Source: Octopus sinensis
Taxonomy: Eukaryota
Assembly: GCF_006345805.1 (NCBI RefSeq)
Contig: NW_021836093.1
Location: 1-25,317 of the forward strand
Reading direction: 5' to 3'
DNA: 25,317 nt
Shown: positions 19,728 through 25,317 of the stretch, piece after piece
How positions within the stretch are numbered: the stretch's first letter is position 1
Layout: each line of letters opens with the position of its first letter
The notes under the pieces: generated by a model
Database searches by the model: none
What the model was told of the DNA's origin: nothing
The model's input: only the letters and a program-made list of their open reading frames with translations
Program-made: the position numbers and the translations under genes

Positions 19728-20975
19728 CTGGATGTGAAAGAGCAGAAAAATACATTTTCATTAAATTTTTTTTTTGTTTTTTCGTTTTTTGGGGGGTTTT
19801 TTCTCTTCATATTTAAGTGTCGTGGGTTGTAAAGTGTAGAAAACACGTGTGTGCTGTGTGTGTTGTAGACACGGCAACAGTTTGTTAAAATAAAATGAAA
19901 AGATCCAGCCAGCCGTCTACTACAGTGTTAAGGGAGCGTCAACACAATGCACGAACGATGTTTTTTTCATTGTGGACGAATACTGAATATGTGGAAAACT
20001 ATGGTTTTATATTGCCTTTCGTTGTATATTCATTTGTTTGTTGTTGCTTCTTTGTTGTTCAGCATTCTGATGAATTGATGTTTGGTACATGAATACTGAG
20101 TAGGAGTGAGGAGTGGGAAATGATTGTGATAGAAAGCTATAGTTATTTGAAAGTGAATGTTTCATGTTCGAGAAGTTTAAACATTTAATGTATGAGAGAG
20201 TTTAGAATGCGATGAAGAGAATGGAATTTGTGAACGAGATAACTTTTGAGGATAAGCATGACGGTACTGACCGCTTATATTACTGTGAGGAAGATTAACT
20301 CGGCACAGACTAATTGAGAGAGAAAATCGAGAAAGAAACTGCTGAGTATCAGCCATATTCATTGAAGACGTTATGCATGTTGTGTTTTGAAAAGAAAAAA
20401 GAACCCTCCACTTCAATTTTTAGTTTTTCCTTTTATTGTTCGTCTCGTTATTCTGTTGTTAGACTTTGAGGAATGTTGAGAATAGAATAGGCTTGAGTTA
20501 TTGAATTCCTACTATCACAACAATTTCCTGCTTAACAATAAGATAAACATTTGAATCGTTAAGCAATTAAATAAAACGAATATAGCCTAAAACGACAAAA
20601 AAAAACACTTCAAGGAAAAGCTCATAGACAACATTGTGAGGCGGAATACTGAGCAACAGTGAGTGAGTAAGGGCACGACAACAATACAAGAGGTGAGTAT
20701 AGTTGTGAGAGCATCATATGTAGTTTAAGAAATGTGATGACAAAAATAGCTAAGTTATTAGGAAAGGCAGTAGTAAACACTGAAGCATCAAAGAAATACA
20801 CAATTCATGGCGAAGACTCGTGCACTTAGTTTCTGTTGTGTATATCGCTAAAAAGAGCAAATACGATTAAATCGTTCTTAATGGTGATCAAAATTTCGTC
20901 GTTGATGTTGATGTTTAGCCCTAGCTGAGCTATCAGTGAGCAAACTTTAAATTATTAGCGTTCTGCTACATCTTA

Positions 20976-21135
20976 AGCGTAGGCGTGTCTGTTTGGTAAG
21001 AAAATTGCTTCCCATCCACGTGGTTCTAGGTTCATTTTTACTGCGTGGCACCTGGAGCAAGTGTCTTCTACTCTAGCCTCGGGCTAACCAAAGCCTTATG
21101 AGTGGATTTCGATGGAAACTGAAAGAAGCCTGTCG

Positions 21136-21160
<25 letters not shown>
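20976..21160 (+). mobile_element. 5' half of a SINE family A copy (split by a PLE insertion)
   Basis: Head and CORE-like region up to gaaagaagcctgtcg(ta)n. Confidence 0.88.
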
Positions 21161-21162
<2 letters not shown>

Positions 21163-21166
<4 letters not shown>

Positions 21167-23212
21167 GGAATTTACAGAAAAACAAAAGACGAAGATAGGT
21201 GTATAAACAACAAACAGGTGCATTAGTTTAACGCTCGGGAAGGTGAGAAAGTCTTTTACGTTTCGAGCCTACGCTCTTCAACAGAGAGGAACACGGTGAA
21301 ATAAACAGAGAGAGAATTAAACGAAAAACGTTAGTGGCTAGCGGTCGATCATGGCGATGGCCAGACAGAGGTGGTCAGACAGGAGAGCTAGGAAGAAGGG
21401 GAGATAGTAAAATAGTGTTGGTCCCAAAACGAAGGTGTGCGTGAGTGAGTACGTGAGAGCGTGTGTGTGCGTGTGGATTTGGGCTGGTGACCTTGACGTG
21501 TAGATGTGTAGATGATGATGTGGTTGCTGGGAAGTGGTCAATACTGGAGTCTGCAAGGTGCTGCGATGTGGAGTGGTGTGGTGTGGTGTGGTGATGTGTG
21601 GTAGAGTGTGATTGATGCGAGGGTGAGGTGTGGGGGTAGGGGTGGGTATGTGGGGTGGAATGTGTGGGATGATTGGGATGTATAGGGATGGTGGGGTTGG
21701 GATGTGTAGGAGCGGGGTGTGGATGGAGGGGTAACGATGAATGGAGAGGGTAGAAGGGAGAAGGTGAGTAGGAGTGAAGAGAGGAAGTAGGTGTCAGAGC
21801 AAGAGAGAAGAGAGGCGGATGGGAGTGAAGAAAGGAAGTAGGTGTGAGAAGAAATGAAGAGAGGGGAGGGGAGTTAGATGAAGAGGGGAGGGGTGTTGAG
21901 CACATGTGTCGCAAAGGAGCGAAGAGAGAAAACTAATGCTTGTTTACGGCGAAGACGGGAGTCCGGATGTCCCTGTGCAAGAACAATCCGAACACAGACA
22001 GGTGTTGTAAAGAATGACGGATAGAGCAAGACCGGAGTGTCGTCAGCCAAGCGGCGTCCCGTTTGACCAATGTACAGAAAAGGAGAGAGAGGGCAGGAGA
22101 TGCAGAAAATGACGTTGCTAAAAGTGTAGGTGAAGGAGTCAGTGATATGATAGGGACGATGTCTGTGAGGATGGTGGTGTGGGAGAGGTAGGAGCATGTG
22201 CGGCAGCGTGGGCTAGAGCAGGGAGACGAATCGAGTTGGGAGCTTGGGTTAGGGAAGAAACTGTGGACCAGGAGGTCACGTAGGTTGCGAGATCGTTTGA
22301 AGGAGGGAAGGGCAGGTTAGGGAAGAAGTGCGAAGTGGAGGGGTCGGACTAGAGTCACCGGAAGGCTTGGAGAATGGTGTGTTGGAGAGGCAGTGTGGAG
22401 GAATGGTAAGTGAGGGGGAACGGGAAACGGGTAACGGTGGGGCAGGTGCAAGGAGAGAGAGCAGATGCACGGTCCAAGGAACGTGTTCTGGCAAGGGCGT
22501 TGTGGATAGGGTGAGGGGATATCCACGTAGGATGAAGTAGCAAGCCATGAGTTGAGACAGGGTCTCAAAGTCATGGTTGTCACTGCAGAGCCTGCGCAGA
22601 CGGAGGAATTAGGAGTAGGGATGGCGAGATTGGTGTGTTTCGGGTGGGAGGAGGAGAAGTAGGGGTATGAGTGTGAGTCTGTGTGTTAGCAGTGGATGGA
22701 GGTGGTGAGAGGAGAGTGATGAATGCTGACCGAAATGTCGAGAAAGGCGACGGAAGTGTTGGAAATAGTGCAAGAGGATTCGAGGGCAGGTTGGAAAGAT
22801 TGGACAAAAGAGAGGAAGGCGTCTAGTTGTTCGCGGGGGAGCGAAGTCACACCAATACAATTATCGATATAACGGCCGTATAGTTCGGGAGGGGGACCAG
22901 TGAAACTTGAGAATATTTGGGCCTCAACGTAGCCAACTAACAGGTTCGCATATTTGAGGCCCATTCTCGTTCCCATGGCCATTCACGAGACATGTTGGTA
23001 AAAATCACCCGCGAAGAACGAGAAGCAGTTAAGGGAGAGAACAGGTTCGGCCAGACGAAGAAGCGTGGATGTCTCAGGTTGGGGGTTAGGTCGATGGTCT
23101 AGGTAGTGTTTGACAGTAAGAAACCCCTCAAGGCGTGGGATCACCGTGTATAGGCTCTTGATGTCAAGAGTGAAGTTTAGAGGGGCCAGGAGGGAAGGAC
23201 AAAGAGTTGGCA
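21163..23212 (-). mobile_element. 5'-truncated Penelope-like retroelement (probably Neptune-type): RT, Cys linker, GIY-YIG endonuclease, long pyrimidine-rich 3'UTR and pLTR
   Basis: Minus-strand translation: FTLDIKSLYTVIP, TLLRLAEPVLSLNCFSF, MAMGTRMGLKYANLLVG, YGRYIDNCIG, FLDISV, RLRRLCSD, linker PCSSPRCRTC, then SNVIFCISC...LYIGQTGRRLAD (GIY-YIG). Multiple frameshifts and stops. Confidence 0.93.
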
Positions 23213-23215
23213 TAT

Positions 23216-23392
23216 GTGTGTGTATGTGTGTGTGTGTGTCTGTGTTTGTTTCTGTCCCCGCCACAGTCGCTTGACAATCGATGCTGGTTTGTTTAGGTCC
23301 CTGTAACTTACCGCTTCTTCAACTAAAATCTTTCAAGGTGGTGCTCCATCATGACCGCAGTCAAATGACTGAAACAAGTAAAAGAATGAAAG
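23216..23392 (+). mobile_element. 3' half of the SINE family A copy begun at 20976 (internally deleted)
   Basis: (TG)n, then gtccccgccacagtcgcttgacaatcgatgctgg...ggtggtgctccatcatgaccgcagtcaaatgactgaaacaagtaaaag. Confidence 0.85.
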
Positions 23393-24161
23393 AATAACTA
23401 GAATTCAATAGCTACATTCTTTCCTTTTTTACGATTTAGATTGCGATTTGAAGGAGATTTGGCTGTTATTTCTAAAGGGACACTTAAACTCTCTGGCTAG
23501 AAGCGATGAATATTTATCCTTATCTTTTACTTGTTCCAGTCATTGAACTGCGCCCAATGATTGATCCCGATGATTTGACTTGGACCCAAGATTTCTTTGA
23601 AAATATGAAATGAATGATTGTTGTTTCTTTTATAGTCATTAATCATTTTAATTAATCATTAAAAAAACCTTTTGGTAGGATGCTTATGAAATGAAGAGAA
23701 CTCTCATGTAAACATTACACGAGACACGTTGTAATAAATGGTTGTACAATTATAACGAAAAGCGTCATCCATAGTTCCATAGCAATTAGACGTCAAAGCG
23801 GGAGGCCAGTCAAATTTGCAAGTAACTTTTAACAAAATAAAATAATATTCATAAGTGAAAAACCAACTACATATTCGTCGTCGATATTGCTGTGCTACTG
23901 TTGCTTACTCTGACTATATGTTCCATTTGCAAGCCAAGTGGATAAGACCAATCGAAGTCCGAGTTTCTCGGACGCAAGTGCAATGTGATTCGGGACAAAA
24001 TACGAGTCTTCGATTATCTATTTTACGATATTTTAATTACTTGGAGATCAGCTCTAGTTCTCTCTCACTTCAGCATTATCTTACGTCTCTTTCTGTTGTA
24101 TGTATAGATATGTATATGATTATATAAGTGTGTGTATCTATCTGGGTATACCTACCTCACA

Positions 24162-24163
<2 letters not shown>

Positions 24164-24240
<77 letters not shown>

Positions 24241-24267
24241 TTCACTCTATCTATCTATCTCACTCAC

Positions 24268-24354
<87 letters not shown>

Positions 24355-24388
24355 GTCTGTCTGTCTGTCTGTATGTCTGTCTGTCTGC

Positions 24389-24423
<35 letters not shown>

Positions 24424-24460
24424 ACTATTTACCTATTTATCTATCTATCTACCTATCTAT
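24164..24460. repeat. (ATCT)n/(GTCT)n tetranucleotide microsatellite
   Basis: Directly visible; explains the SIYL-repeat ORFs. Confidence 0.97.
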
Positions 24461-24595
24461 CACCAAAGCCATGGAAAAGGGTTTAGTAGTAGGAAACTGA
24501 AAGAAGCCTTTGGAATAAAAACAGACTGATGCAGTAGAAACATGTGTAGTTTTATTTGAAGGAATTAAAAGTAATGCTATACTACTTCGTAATAA

Positions 24596-24742
24596 TCCTT
24601 ATTATTATTACCATTATTATGACCATTCCGAAATATAACAATATTATTATTATTATTATTATTATTATTATCATTATTATTATCATTATTATTATTATTA
24701 TTATCATTATTATTATTATTATCATTATTATTATTATTATTA

Positions 24743-24778
<36 letters not shown>

Positions 24779-24800
24779 TATTATTATTATTATCATCATC

Positions 24801-24847
<47 letters not shown>

Positions 24848-24862
24848 TATTATTATTATTAA
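24596..24862. repeat. (ATT)n/(ATC)n trinucleotide microsatellite, probable LINE tail
   Basis: Directly visible; on the minus strand it follows the zinc-finger ORF stop by ~50 nt. Confidence 0.95.
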
Positions 24863-25226
24863 TATTGATCGTGGTTGTCAACACCTTATGCAGAGTCTGA
24901 CCACCCCTTGTACTTACACCTTAGATGCATCGTGGCGTTTGATGTGGCTTTTTAAACCAGACAATGTATTGAAAAGACATCCACATAGATTTGAACCACC
25001 AAGGGCTGCAGTTAAGTTCTGACCTTTGTGAATCTTAAAATGTCTTTTGAGGCCCTCCTTTAGAATTGCAGACCTTATGGCATACACGGCATTGAAAGGT
25101 TTGCACTGATATATAGGCAGAATGTTCATGGGTCCGCAAATGAGGTTTGAGCCCAGCAATAAAAGGGCATGGTCTGTCAGAAGCTGCATACAAAAGCATT
25201 ATTGTGATTCACCTTTTCGATCGCCC
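24863..25226 (-). mobile_element. 3' end of a LINE (RTE-like) encoding three tandem degenerate C2H2 zinc fingers
   Basis: With frameshift correction the minus strand reads FVCSF(C)DRPCPFIAGLKPHLRTH, FQCRVCHKVCNSKGGLKRHFKIH and (C)NLCGCLFNTLSGLKSHIKRH, then DASKV* (stop at 24914-16), a short UTR and a (TAA/TGA)n tail. Confidence 0.7.
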
Positions 25227-25317
25227 AAGGTGGCGAGCTGGCAGAAACGTTAGCACATCGGGCGAAAATGCTTAGCGGTATTGCGTCTGTCGTTGCGTTC
25301 TGAGTTCAAATTCCGCC
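25227..25317 (+). mobile_element. SINE family B head (runs off the window end)
   Basis: ggtggcgagctggcagaaacgttagcac...ctgagttcaaattccgcc with A and B boxes. Confidence 0.9.

Noticed and set aside
20177-20460. 79-aa minus-strand ORF and short plus-strand ORFs in the unique island
   Set aside because: No recognisable domains or supporting splice context; lengths are compatible with chance.
855-24900. Many 60-180 aa ORFs rich in YI, HT, CV, SIYL, poly-I or poly-D/N
   Set aside because: They are translations of (TA)n, (CA)n, (ATCT)n and (ATT/ATC)n microsatellites.
25170-25180. In-frame TGA at a zinc-finger cysteine position as possible selenocysteine recoding
   Set aside because: The downstream frame is also shifted, so a small deletion in TGT-GAC explains it; no SECIS is evident.

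Overview
AT-rich, microsatellite-dense eukaryotic DNA. Its repeat families look like those of a coleoid cephalopod, most likely Octopus; this is inferred from the repeats, not from a marker gene. I can support no intact protein-coding gene, and nearly all listed ORFs are microsatellite translations or decayed transposon fragments. The window contains: (1) many copies of three tRNA-derived SINE families (here A, B, C); (2) a cluster of Penelope-like element (PLE) remnants at ~4.97-10.5 kb, including two inverted-repeat structures and a type I hammerhead ribozyme fold with an unusually large stem II insert at 7478-7609; (3) two decayed PLE coding remnants, RT at 15450-16400 (+) and RT plus GIY-YIG at 21163-23212 (-), the latter inserted in the internal microsatellite of a SINE; (4) two RTE-like LINE 3' ends encoding C-terminal C2H2 zinc fingers, one split by a SINE with a target-site duplication (TSD) and one with three tandem fingers; (5) a one-ended maT/DD37D-like Tc1/mariner remnant. 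Repeat-poor islands (1-900, 1700-2700, 19330-20960) carry splice and promoter-like signals that may belong to non-coding exons of an unidentified host gene; this is unproven.
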